Positions 44,008-52,289 of a DNA stretch of 64,000 nt are shown one piece after another. Below the pieces are notes generated by a model. That model made no database searches, was not told the DNA's origin, and saw only the letters and a list, made by a program, of their open reading frames with translations. A program made the translations under genes and the position numbers. Position 1 is the stretch's first letter. Each line of letters opens with the position of its first letter. This DNA comes from an uncultured Acidobacteriota bacterium (lineage in GTDB: Bacteria > Actinomycetota > Acidimicrobiia > Spongiisociales > ZC4RG35): contig CAWHEU010000022.1 in the NCBI GenBank assembly GCA_963828465.1, positions 32,001 through 96,000 of the forward strand, read 5' to 3'.

Positions 44008-44032
44008 CTCGACGACCGAGGATTCGCCTGCC

Positions 44033-45172
44033 TTGACCACCATCCGCGGGACCGAGGAGCAGGGTGCGACCTTCGTCGAGCTCTTCTTCGATCTCGTCTT
44101 CGTATTCGCGGTGACCCAGGTGACCGCGGTCCTCGCTCATGACCTCACCGGGGCGGGTCTGACGCGCGCTCTGATCCTCTTCTGGCTGGTGTGGTGGGCG
44201 TGGACCCAATACACCTGGTCGCTCAACGAGGCCGACACGGAGCATGTCTCGATCCGGTTCATCACCCTCGTGGCGACGGCAGTCGCCTTTCTCATGGCGG
44301 TGACAATCCCTTTGATCACGAGCCCGTTTGGCTGGTTGTTCCCTCTCTCCTATCTGGTGCTCCGCACAGTGGGTATCTCCCTGCAGTGGAGACTGGCCGC
44401 AGGCGACCCGGTATGGGTTCGATCGGTGAAGACGTGGACCGTCCTGTCGAGTCTTGGCCTGCTGGCGATCATCGCTGCTGTCTTCCTCCCGCCGGATCGC
44501 CGGTTTCTCGCCTTGGGTATCGCCGCTCTCCTCGATGTGGTCGCGGCTCTAGGAGCCGGTCGAGGCGAGTGGAGGCTGTTCCCGGGTCATTTCGCCGAAC
44601 GGCACGGGCTGTTTGTCATCATCGTGCTCGGCGAATCTCTCATTGCGGCCGGTTTGACCCTCGCCGATCAATCGCTGACCGTTGGTCTCCTGTCGGTAGC
44701 AGTCACCGCCGTTGCCGGAAGCTGCGCCCTTTGGTGGACGTATTTTGGATGGGCGAGGGAGGCGCTCGAAGACAGGATGAAGGCACAGCCTCCGAAGAGG
44801 CTGGGGAGGTATGCCCGGGACGTGTACTCCTTTGCCCACTTCCCCCTCATCTTCGGAGTCATTGGCTTCGCAGTCGGCATCGAGGAGGCCATCGCCCATC
44901 CCAAGGACCCATTTTCGTTTCCCGGGGCCTTGGCGTTGTGCCTCGGAGTCGCCTTGATCCTGGGCGGGACGGGACTGGCTCTGACGCTGGCTCGCGTTCG
45001 CGTGCCTCCGATCCGCTGGTGGGCGGTAGTCGTGCTGATCGTCGCTGTCCCGTTGGTGCGGCTCATGCCGGCTTGGGTCGCAATGACCTTCGTGTCAGTC
45101 GTGGTGGCGGGTCTGGCCATGGCCGAGGAGTCCTCGCAACACGATCGCGGGACATCGGAGGCATCTGTCTAA
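44033..45172 (+). CDS. ltrA: low temperature requirement protein A family membrane protein
   Basis: ATFVELFFDLVFVFAV, HFAERHGLFVIIVLGES, LWWTYF. Confidence 0.92.
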   Translation: MTTIRGTEEQGATFVELFFDLVFVFAVTQVTAVLAHDLTGAGLTRALILFWLVWWAWTQYTWSLNEADTEHVSIRFITLVATAVAFLMAVTIPLITSPFGWLFPLSYLVLRTVGISLQWRLAAGDPVWVRSVKTWTVLSSLGLLAIIAAVFLPPDRRFLALGIAALLDVVAALGAGRGEWRLFPGHFAERHGLFVIIVLGESLIAAGLTLADQSLTVGLLSVAVTAVAGSCALWWTYFGWAREALEDRMKAQPPKRLGRYARDVYSFAHFPLIFGVIGFAVGIEEAIAHPKDPFSFPGALALCLGVALILGGTGLALTLARVRVPPIRWWAVVVLIVAVPLVRLMPAWVAMTFVSVVVAGLAMAEESSQHDRGTSEASV

Positions 45173-45195
45173 AGCACCAGCTGGGTTTCTGCCGA

Positions 45196-45408
45196 TCATC
45201 TCTTTGTGAACTGAGGAGAGCCCAGATGGACATGGCACCGGCAGTGAGGACCAAGCGAGTGCGCCTCCCCGAGATAGTCGGGCAGTGGTCGACGCGAGAG
45301 ACTGCGCTCCTCAGGGTCGACGCCGATGGGGACGGCCTCGGGGATAGGTTCATAGCGGTCAGGGTGACGAGCGAACCCACCGGACACGGGCTGGTTGGCG
45401 CCCTGCAC
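45196..45408 (-). CDS. possible small hypothetical protein
   Basis: 70-aa ORF filling the gap downstream of the aminotransferase. No motif recognised. Confidence 0.3.
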   Translation of the reverse strand: MQGANQPVSGGFARHPDRYEPIPEAVPIGVDPEERSLSRRPLPDYLGEAHSLGPHCRCHVHLGSPQFTKR

Positions 45409-45453
45409 AGGCTGTTGTATCCCCGATAGCGGGCGGCACGACCCTCGCTCTGG

Positions 45454-46623
45454 TCAGCTCGCCGTACTCGAGATAGCCGTTTGGAACACCGGGAGACCTC
45501 GCTCGATCATCTCCATGGTCCCGGTGAGCGAAATCCGGAAGTGTCCTGGCGAGGCGCACGTGGACCCCGGCAAGACCAGGACTCCGCGCTCGGCGAGCCT
45601 CTCCACGAAAGCCCCGTCATCAGGATCGGGAGATCGGACCCAGAGGTAGAAGGTTCCTTCCGGCGACTGGAGCTCGTAACCGGCGTGTAGGAGCTCGGTG
45701 ACAAGGAGGTCACGCTTTCGCTCCAGCTCGACGAGGTCGATCGAGAGCTTGTCCAATTCGGCCAGTGAGTACTGCATGATTGCGCTGGGGAACAACCAGC
45801 CGCCTGCGATCTGGGCCATGAAGATGGCGGAACGCAGCGCCTCCCGGTCCGGCATCCTTGGCGTCCAGGCGAGCCACCCCACCCGTTGACCAGGTGTGAG
45901 CAGGATCTTGCCGTAGCTGTAAGAGATGAGAGTGTGCGGGTAGTACTCCGCAGGGCTGGAGAACTTGGCGTCGCTGAACACCAGCTTGGAATAGGGCTCA
46001 TCGGAGAGCAGGTAGATCGGCTTTCCGAACCGCTCGGAAGCGTCGGTCAGGAGATCGGCAAGGCCCTCGAGGGTGGAGGGCGGGTAGATGCGACCCGTGG
46101 GGTTGTGTGGTGTGTTCACGATCAGCAAGCGTGTCTTCTCGGTGATTGCCTGGCCAAGGCGTTCCAGGTCGAGGTCGTAGTCGTCGCTCCGGACGGGGAC
46201 GTTGACCGGGATCGCGCCGGACGCCAGGATCATCGATCGGTAGAAGAACCACGGGGGATCGAAGTAGACGACCTCGTCACCGACATCCACTAGCGCCCCG
46301 AGGGCGATGGCGATGGCGCCGAAAGCGCCCGGTGTCATCGCGATGTCCTCAGGGTCGAAGGTCTGACCACGCCATTCGAGGAGATGATTCGCCACAGTGC
46401 GCTGCGACTCCACCTCGGAGAACTTGTAGGCGTAGTGGTTCTTGCTACGCGGAGTGGTGGACGAAGTAAGGGCCGAGGCAAATCCGTCCACAACCATCTC
46501 CTGAGGATTCCCGAAGGCGAAATCAGCGATGTCGGGCTTGTGGCGATGCTCCTCCCAGAGAGGCAGGAAAGAGAGCAACGCGTGGTTGGCTGCCGTGATT
46601 CGTTGGATCCGCTCGGTCACCAT
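45454..46623 (-). CDS. class I/II PLP aminotransferase (aspartate aminotransferase-like)
   Basis: FAFGNP, NTPHNPTG, SDEPY, SYGKILLTPGQRVG, EGTFY. Confidence 0.93.
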   Translation of the reverse strand: MVTERIQRITAANHALLSFLPLWEEHRHKPDIADFAFGNPQEMVVDGFASALTSSTTPRSKNHYAYKFSEVESQRTVANHLLEWRGQTFDPEDIAMTPGAFGAIAIALGALVDVGDEVVYFDPPWFFYRSMILASGAIPVNVPVRSDDYDLDLERLGQAITEKTRLLIVNTPHNPTGRIYPPSTLEGLADLLTDASERFGKPIYLLSDEPYSKLVFSDAKFSSPAEYYPHTLISYSYGKILLTPGQRVGWLAWTPRMPDREALRSAIFMAQIAGGWLFPSAIMQYSLAELDKLSIDLVELERKRDLLVTELLHAGYELQSPEGTFYLWVRSPDPDDGAFVERLAERGVLVLPGSTCASPGHFRISLTGTMEMIERGLPVFQTAISSTAS

Positions 46624-46716
46624 GCAGGTAGCTGACGATAACCGCGACTACGCGCTCGACCATGGGGGGTTTGCCCCAGCTGACCCGGTTCTCCGCCATA
46701 TTCTCCCGGGCAAGAC

Positions 46717-47319
46717 ATGTTGATCCGTCCGGTCGAGCCAGCAGATCTCGATGCCCTCTACGAGGTCTGTCTCCGCACCGGTGACGCCGGGGAGGACGCG
46801 AGCGCCCGGTTCGTCGACGGCCGTCTCCTCGGTGAGGTCTACGTCGGGCCCTACTTGATGATGCCTAGCGGGATCGGTTTCACCGCAGTAGCGGAAGGCT
46901 TCCCGTCCGGGTATGTCCTGGCCGCCGTCGACACCCGGCGATTCGAGGCCGAATGCGAGGCGGAGTGGTGGCCTCCGTTGCGCGATCGATACCCACAACC
47001 GGTGGTCGACGATCCGTCGACCGACGACGCCGAGATCATCGCCCTGATCCACGATCCGGAGAGCCCACCCGACGAGATCGTGGCCCGATATCCGGCCCAT
47101 CTCCACATCGATCTGCTCCCCGTCTTGCAGGGTAGAGGGGTGGGTCGAGAGATGATGAGCCGTCTCCTCGATGAGCTGCGGGCCAGGGGAGCGCCCGGTG
47201 TCCACCTCGGAGTCGACGCACGCAACCAGCGCGCCGTCGGCTTCTACGAGCACCTCGGTTTCGAACATCTCGATGACAGCGATGCTGTCGTGATGGGGGT
47301 GCGGCTCGACGAGAGCTGA
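46717..47319 (+). CDS. GNAT N-acetyltransferase
   Basis: YEVCLRTGDAG, YPAHLHIDLLP..QGRGVG, NQRAVGFYEHLGF. Confidence 0.92.
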   Translation: MLIRPVEPADLDALYEVCLRTGDAGEDASARFVDGRLLGEVYVGPYLMMPSGIGFTAVAEGFPSGYVLAAVDTRRFEAECEAEWWPPLRDRYPQPVVDDPSTDDAEIIALIHDPESPPDEIVARYPAHLHIDLLPVLQGRGVGREMMSRLLDELRARGAPGVHLGVDARNQRAVGFYEHLGFEHLDDSDAVVMGVRLDES

Positions 47320-47355
47320 GGTCGAGGGGCCGAGAGTCCGGGGTGAATGGCATCT

Positions 47356-47383
47356 GGCGCCCTGTCAGGATCTGACGGGCGTC
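47356..47383 (+). terminator. hairpin downstream of the GNAT gene
   Basis: GGCGCCC(T)GTCAG-gat-CTGACGGGCGTC. The G-U pair is valid on the + strand. No long U tract. Confidence 0.45.
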
Positions 47384-47474
47384 TTGCGGGTGCCACGTGG
47401 CGGACGGCCGGGCCGGGAGGAGCCCAAATTGACCATCCACCACGCGACCTCTGGTCTGTCGTGGCGACAGAGCC

Positions 47475-47542
47475 GATGCCGTGGGCCCAATCGGCCGCAC
47501 GAGCCAGAGCCAGGCCGTTTCGGCTGAAGGGCCCACAGCATC
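47475..47542 (-). terminator. long stem-loop at the 3' end of the repeat-protein transcript
   Basis: Minus-strand arms GATGCTGTGGGCCC and GGGCCCACGGCATC pair over 14 bp with one U-G. There is an additional inner stem. Confidence 0.5.
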
Positions 47543-47585
47543 ACTCATCGCCGCGTATCACCTCCTCTCTGACATCCACCCACCG

Positions 47586-49178
47586 TCAGCTGGAGAGATG
47601 TTGCGACTGACCGATCGACTGACCAGTGCCGTTCCGGTTGGCGGCTATCGCCTTGGTCCCGGCTTCGTTGGACTGATCGAGGTCCTTCTGGCCGCGGTCG
47701 GACATGTTGGACTGATCGGTTTCAGCGTTCGGCTGTGCGTTCTGGTTGGTGGTGTTGTTGTTCCCAGCCGTCTGTGACTGAGTCCTGACACACCGGTCGC
47801 AGTCCGCCCCGAGGCAGTCCTTGTCCTTGTGGTCGCGGTCGTCCTTGTCCTTGTGGTCGCGGTCGTCCTTGTCCTTGTGGTCGCGGTCGTCCTTGTCCTT
47901 GTGGTCGCGGTCGTCCTTGTCCTTGTGGTCGCGGTCGTCCTTGTCCTGGTGGTCGCGGTCGTCCTTGTCCTGGTGGTCGCGGTCGTCCTTGTCCCGGGCA
48001 GTCTGATCCTGGTCGATCGACTGCTCGGTGCCGTTCTCGTTGACGGCTAAGACGGTGGTCTCAGCCTCGTTGGACTGCTCGGCGCCATCGCGTTCGCGCT
48101 CCGACTCGTAGCCCTTGTTCCAGGTCGGATTCGGGGCCTGAGCCTGGTCGGATCCGGTCTGATTGGACTGGTTGGTCGTCGCGCTGGGAGTGGCGTCTTG
48201 GTTGGTGGTGTTGTTGTTCTCAGCTGTTTGCGTCTGAGATCCGCCACTTTCCGAACCGCACTTGCCGCAGCTATCACGGTCGTCACCGGCGGTCTGATCC
48301 TGGTCGATCGACTGCTCGGTGCCGTTCTCGTTGACGGCTACGACGGTGGTCTCAGCCTCGTTGGCTTGTTCGGCGCCACCGTTTTCACGATGCGAGTCAT
48401 CACTTTTCCACTCCTTCGGGGCCCAGGACTGACCCTTGTCAGACCCGATCTCGTTGGACTGGTTGGTCGTCGCGCTGGGAGTGGCGTTTTGGTTGGTGGT
48501 GTTGTTGTTCTCTGCGTATTGCTCGAGATAACCGTCACCTTCCGAACCGCACTTGCCACAGCCACCAAAGTCGTCACCGGCGGTCTGATCCTGGTCGATC
48601 GACTGCTCGGTGCCGTTCTGATTAACCCCAACGACAGTGGTCTCAGCCTCGTTTGACTGATCGACTTTGCCGTTGTTGCTGTCCTTGCTGAGGACGGCCA
48701 CCGGGGCATACACGTTGACCTGATTGGTCTCCGCGCTCGGCTCTGCGTTCTGGTTGGTCGTGTTGTTGTTCTCAGCTGTTTGCGTCTGAGATCCGCCACT
48801 TTCCGAACCGCACTTGCCGCAGCTATCACGGTCGTCACCGGCAGTCTGATCCTGGTCGATCGACTGCTCGGTGCCGTTCTCGTTGACGGCGACCACCTTC
48901 GTATCAGCCTCGTTCGACTGATCCACTTTGCCGTTGTTGCTACCGGTGCTGAGGACAGCTATCGGTGCATACACGTTGACCTGATTGGTCTCGGCGCTCG
49001 GCTCGGCGGTCTGGTTGGTCTCGTTTGTGTTGGTTGCTTCTTGGGTCAGGCTGATGATCGCCTCGGGGTCCACAGGGAGTGGACTCTCCGAACTGGCACT
49101 CGCCATTCCGGCGGTTGCGATCATTGCCCCACTGGCGAGCGCGGCCGTTGTCAGCGCTCTCTTGAGCCAGTGCTTCAT
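47586..49178 (-). CDS. secreted N/Q/T-rich repeat protein (curli-like / beta-solenoid candidate)
   Basis: Sec signal MKHWLKRALTTAALASGAMIATAGMASA. Four near-identical modules QSNEAETTVVAVNENGTEQSIDQDQTA...ENNNTTNQ plus a diverged fifth. CGKC three times. Confidence 0.85.
   Translation of the reverse strand: MKHWLKRALTTAALASGAMIATAGMASASSESPLPVDPEAIISLTQEATNTNETNQTAEPSAETNQVNVYAPIAVLSTGSNNGKVDQSNEADTKVVAVNENGTEQSIDQDQTAGDDRDSCGKCGSESGGSQTQTAENNNTTNQNAEPSAETNQVNVYAPVAVLSKDSNNGKVDQSNEAETTVVGVNQNGTEQSIDQDQTAGDDFGGCGKCGSEGDGYLEQYAENNNTTNQNATPSATTNQSNEIGSDKGQSWAPKEWKSDDSHRENGGAEQANEAETTVVAVNENGTEQSIDQDQTAGDDRDSCGKCGSESGGSQTQTAENNNTTNQDATPSATTNQSNQTGSDQAQAPNPTWNKGYESERERDGAEQSNEAETTVLAVNENGTEQSIDQDQTARDKDDRDHQDKDDRDHQDKDDRDHKDKDDRDHKDKDDRDHKDKDDRDHKDKDDRDHKDKDCLGADCDRCVRTQSQTAGNNNTTNQNAQPNAETDQSNMSDRGQKDLDQSNEAGTKAIAANRNGTGQSIGQSQHLSS
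47817..47993 (-). repeat. 24-nt tandem repeat x7.4 encoding DKDDRDH(K/Q)
   Basis: Directly visible unit GTCCTTGTCCT(T/G)GTGGTCGCGGTC, contiguous with no spacers. Confidence 0.97.
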
Positions 49179-49182
49179 GATT

Positions 49183-49255
49183 CACCTCCATTGGGTGTCT
49201 GAGAAAACGCGCGACGGGCAGTCAGTCCTCGCTCGCGCGTTGCGAAATGGAGGTG
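49183..49255 (-). promoter_or_regulatory. SD-sequestering hairpin (translational attenuator/coupler)
   Basis: CACCTCCATT (49183-49192) and AATGGAGGTG (49246-49255) form a perfect 10-bp inverted repeat. Inner 9-bp stem 49206-49214/49233-49241. The 3' arm on the mRNA is the SD of the 49178 gene. Confidence 0.8.
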
Positions 49256-49256
49256 G

Positions 49257-50552
49257 TTAGCCGGGTAGCTCTAGTGCCTCTGCCAGGGCGAATGGGCGCC
49301 AGACAACCGGTCGAGGCCGGAGCCAGCGGCTCAACCGGGGCGCGATCAACCCGAGCAGAACGAGTACAGCTAGAAGACCTGATGTCGAGCCGGAGCTCGA
49401 GGAGGATGATGAGACAACGACCCCTGGTCGAGCTCGAAGCCCGGCACCCTCAAAGTCATACGGTGGGGGTTCAGGGCGGTTGGCGGCAGCTCTCGCGTCG
49501 GCTGCGCCGCCGGCCGCACTAGGAGTCGGCGACGCAGCAGCCACGACGGAATCCGAACCGTCGTCGACGATTACAGGCCGAGCCGTGAGCGGCGGTGGCA
49601 GCGGGCTACCGATTGTTGGCGGCTGTGGCCTCGTGGTGGGTCTCGTGGACCCCTGGTCCGGAGTGGGGATGGCTGTCTCCGGGTCATCGGAAGGGGGATT
49701 GGGCGCTGCCGGATCAGGATCCGTAGCAGAACCTCTGTCTGGGACGTCGTCGACTCCTCCGAGCAGATCTTCTGGCGAGGGGACCAAAGGGAGGGTGACA
49801 CCGACTAGATCATCGACCCCGTCGAGAATCGGGCCCGATACGTCATCGACGAGCCCGGTCGTTTCTTCGACCGTGGTCGTAACCACACCGAGAACGGGTT
49901 GCAGCGGCTCCGCGATCTGTTCGAGTGTCGGCGGAACAGTCCGGACAATTCGAGTCACCGGCTCTTCGATGGTGCCGGCGACGGAATCCACGACTTTCGG
50001 CACCGTATCGGTGACCGGTTCGGCGGCTTCGGTGACCGGTTCGACGACCCTGGTGACAGGTTCCACGGCTTCGGTGACCGGTTCGACGGCTTTGGCTACC
50101 GGTTCGACGACCCTGGTGACAGGTTCCACGGCTTTGGTGACCGGTTCGACGACTTGGGCTACCGGCTCGACGACCCTGGTGACCGGTTCCACGACTGCGT
50201 TCACGGGATTCTGCGGGGCGGGTTGCTGCGTGGGAGCGACGTCGCGCGAGGCTGGCTCAGGGACGATTTCGGTCACATCTTCGACGACTTCGGCAACACC
50301 AGTCTCCGACTGCTCGGGCTCCGGCTCGGGCGTAGATCCGGTTCCGGTTCCGAGGTCAATCTCCACTGGAAGCTCTTCGACGACCTCACCGATGCCGAGG
50401 GCCTGTGCGGTCCCGGCAGAGAGCGAGATCATGAATGCAGCCAGAGCGAGTGCGCCAGCGATCCTGGCGAGGGGATGTGCCTGACGCCGGTCTGCTGTTC
50501 CGGCCCGTGGAGCCTCTGTTACCGAATGCCTATCCATACCCAGCCCATGCAT
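49257..50552 (-). CDS. secreted/anchored Pro-Val-Glu-Thr-rich protein with C-terminal TM and LELPG end
   Basis: Signal-like ALALAAFMISLSAGTAQA, VEPV repeats, Pro-rich linker, Ser run, TM LLAVLVLLGLIA, basic tail. ATG at 50552 follows GGGAGGT. Confidence 0.8.
   Translation of the reverse strand: MHGLGMDRHSVTEAPRAGTADRRQAHPLARIAGALALAAFMISLSAGTAQALGIGEVVEELPVEIDLGTGTGSTPEPEPEQSETGVAEVVEDVTEIVPEPASRDVAPTQQPAPQNPVNAVVEPVTRVVEPVAQVVEPVTKAVEPVTRVVEPVAKAVEPVTEAVEPVTRVVEPVTEAAEPVTDTVPKVVDSVAGTIEEPVTRIVRTVPPTLEQIAEPLQPVLGVVTTTVEETTGLVDDVSGPILDGVDDLVGVTLPLVPSPEDLLGGVDDVPDRGSATDPDPAAPNPPSDDPETAIPTPDQGSTRPTTRPQPPTIGSPLPPPLTARPVIVDDGSDSVVAAASPTPSAAGGAADARAAANRPEPPPYDFEGAGLRARPGVVVSSSSSSSGSTSGLLAVLVLLGLIAPRLSRWLRPRPVVWRPFALAEALELPG
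50004..50192 (-). repeat. 21-nt degenerate tandem repeat x9 encoding (V/A)EPVxxx
   Basis: VEPVTRV VEPVAQV VEPVTKA VEPVTRV VEPVAKA VEPVTEA VEPVTRV VEPVTEA AEPVTDT. Confidence 0.95.
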
Positions 50553-50669
50553 ACCGTCGGACCTCCCGCGAGGGAGGTGCCTGGCTCCGGCGACGAGCAC
50601 CATACCCGACTCATGGGATCTCGAAACCACAACGGTTAGAAGCGCGAAAAGAAACCTTGCCGTGGCTCG

Positions 50670-50777
50670 TCATCCATCCGAGGCCGCGAGCGCCAGAGGT
50701 CGCGACCCCTCATCGGGTCCACCGGGACCCTGCATGATGCCGTCCAGGGTGACGAATGTGGTCGCGGTCAGGTTCAT
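50670..50777 (-). pseudogene. N-terminal remnant of a dihydrofolate-reductase/RibD_C family gene
   Basis: MNLTATTFVTLDGIMQGPGGPDE follows a strong AAGGAGAAGG RBS. It stops after 35 codons, with no room for the rest of the domain. Confidence 0.75.
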
Positions 50778-50897
50778 GACCTTCTCCTTCCTGACCGGTT
50801 TTCGGCCTTCATGACTAACGAATCGGTCCGGCCCGGATCGGCAAGTCCGAGAGTTCAATCCCAGGATGCCGACCACGCCCTGGTTAACGTTTTTCGC

Positions 50898-52289
50898 ATG
50901 GGAGCGAAGGTGGCGGGTCGAAACAGGGCTGGGCCCGCGTCCAAGCAATGGAGTATCCCCTCCAAGCTGACCTTGGCCACTGTGCCGATCGTGGTGGTTG
51001 CTGGCCTGCTCGGGGTGTTCCTGGTGTGGTCGCTGTCGGCTTCAGGAGATGTCTGGCTTGCGGTGATAGTCGGGATCGTTGTCGGGCTCGTGGCTGTCGG
51101 ATCGCTTGTCGTCTCTTACCGGATCGGCCGAGCGATCGGCACCCGAATCGGTGCTGTCACCCACGCAGCGAGGCGTGTCGCCCATAAGGATCTGGTCGAG
51201 CTGCTCGACGCACTGCGCACATCCGATCCTGGCTCCGACGCCATCTCACCACTGGGTCTCGACATCGACTCGGGCGATGAGATCGGTGATCTGTCCCGAT
51301 CATTCGAAAACATGCACCGGGCCTTGATCGATACTTCGACCCGACAGATGGAGTCTTTGCGTGTAGGGGTGTCGGGCATCCTGGTAACTCTCGCTCGGCG
51401 CAACAGCTCGCTGGTCGATCGACAGCTGGCGCTGCTCGACGAACTCGAGTCCCGCGAGGAGGATCCTGAGACCCTCGGAGGGTATTACCAGGTCGACCAT
51501 CTGGCGGCACGGATGCGCCGGAATGCCGAAAGCCTCCTCGTGCTCGCCGGGTCCGAGTCACCCCGTGTATGGGCTAAGCCCACGGAGATCTCCGATGTGG
51601 TTCGAGCTGCGCTGAGCGAGGTGGATGAGTACCAGCGCGTCGAGCTGCTCGCCTTGGAGCCGGCTCGCCTGTCTGCCGGAGCCGTTACCGATGTCGCACA
51701 TCTCCTCGCCGAGCTCTTCGAGAACTCCCTGCAGTTCTCTCCGCCGACCGAGCCCGTGCGCGTCACCGGGCTATTCGACGTCGGTGGGTATGAGCTCTCG
51801 ATCTCGGACCACGGGGTCGGGATATCCGACCCGAGGCTGGCCGAGATGAACCGGATCCTCGAGCGCCCGCCCGCCCTCGGCCTATCGGTCGAGCCCACGA
51901 TGGGGATATATGTCGTAGCGAAGCTCGCCCATCGGCACGGGCTCGATGTCCAGCTGATCCCCAGTGTCCCCGGAATCACTGTCAAGGTGACCATTCCCCG
52001 CGATCGTCTGGAGATGGCGAGGGTAGAGCCGGACTACGACGTCATCGATCTGACACAGCCAGAGATGATCGAAACCGCCGACCCTGAGCCGGTCGCGGTG
52101 GCGCCGGTGCCTGTCGCCGAGGTGGAAGCCGGAGATCTGCCGGTGCGCATCCCGGGCCGAGCGTTCCGCGAGGAGGAGCCGGCAACAACCATCGCTGCCG
52201 GAGAGGGCGGCGGCACCCTCAGATCGGCGCTGGTCGATTACAACCGGGGCAGGGCCGAGGCCGAGGCACAGGGGGAGAGCGATGACTGA
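50898..52289 (+). CDS. cvnA: conservon sensor kinase-like membrane ATPase
   Basis: Two TM segments, HAMP (DEIGDLSRSF), LARRNSSLVDRQL, DHLAARMRRNAESLLVLAG, AELFEN, SDHGVG. Confidence 0.9.
   Translation: MGAKVAGRNRAGPASKQWSIPSKLTLATVPIVVVAGLLGVFLVWSLSASGDVWLAVIVGIVVGLVAVGSLVVSYRIGRAIGTRIGAVTHAARRVAHKDLVELLDALRTSDPGSDAISPLGLDIDSGDEIGDLSRSFENMHRALIDTSTRQMESLRVGVSGILVTLARRNSSLVDRQLALLDELESREEDPETLGGYYQVDHLAARMRRNAESLLVLAGSESPRVWAKPTEISDVVRAALSEVDEYQRVELLALEPARLSAGAVTDVAHLLAELFENSLQFSPPTEPVRVTGLFDVGGYELSISDHGVGISDPRLAEMNRILERPPALGLSVEPTMGIYVVAKLAHRHGLDVQLIPSVPGITVKVTIPRDRLEMARVEPDYDVIDLTQPEMIETADPEPVAVAPVPVAEVEAGDLPVRIPGRAFREEEPATTIAAGEGGGTLRSALVDYNRGRAEAEAQGESDD

Noticed and set aside
45173-45453. 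Possible ncRNA between ltrA and the aminotransferase
   Set aside because: No recognisable RNA family motifs or strong stems; a small ORF explains it equally well.
47817-47993. Possible CRISPR array
   Set aside because: The units are contiguous with no unique spacers, are a multiple of three inside a CDS, and no cas genes are present.
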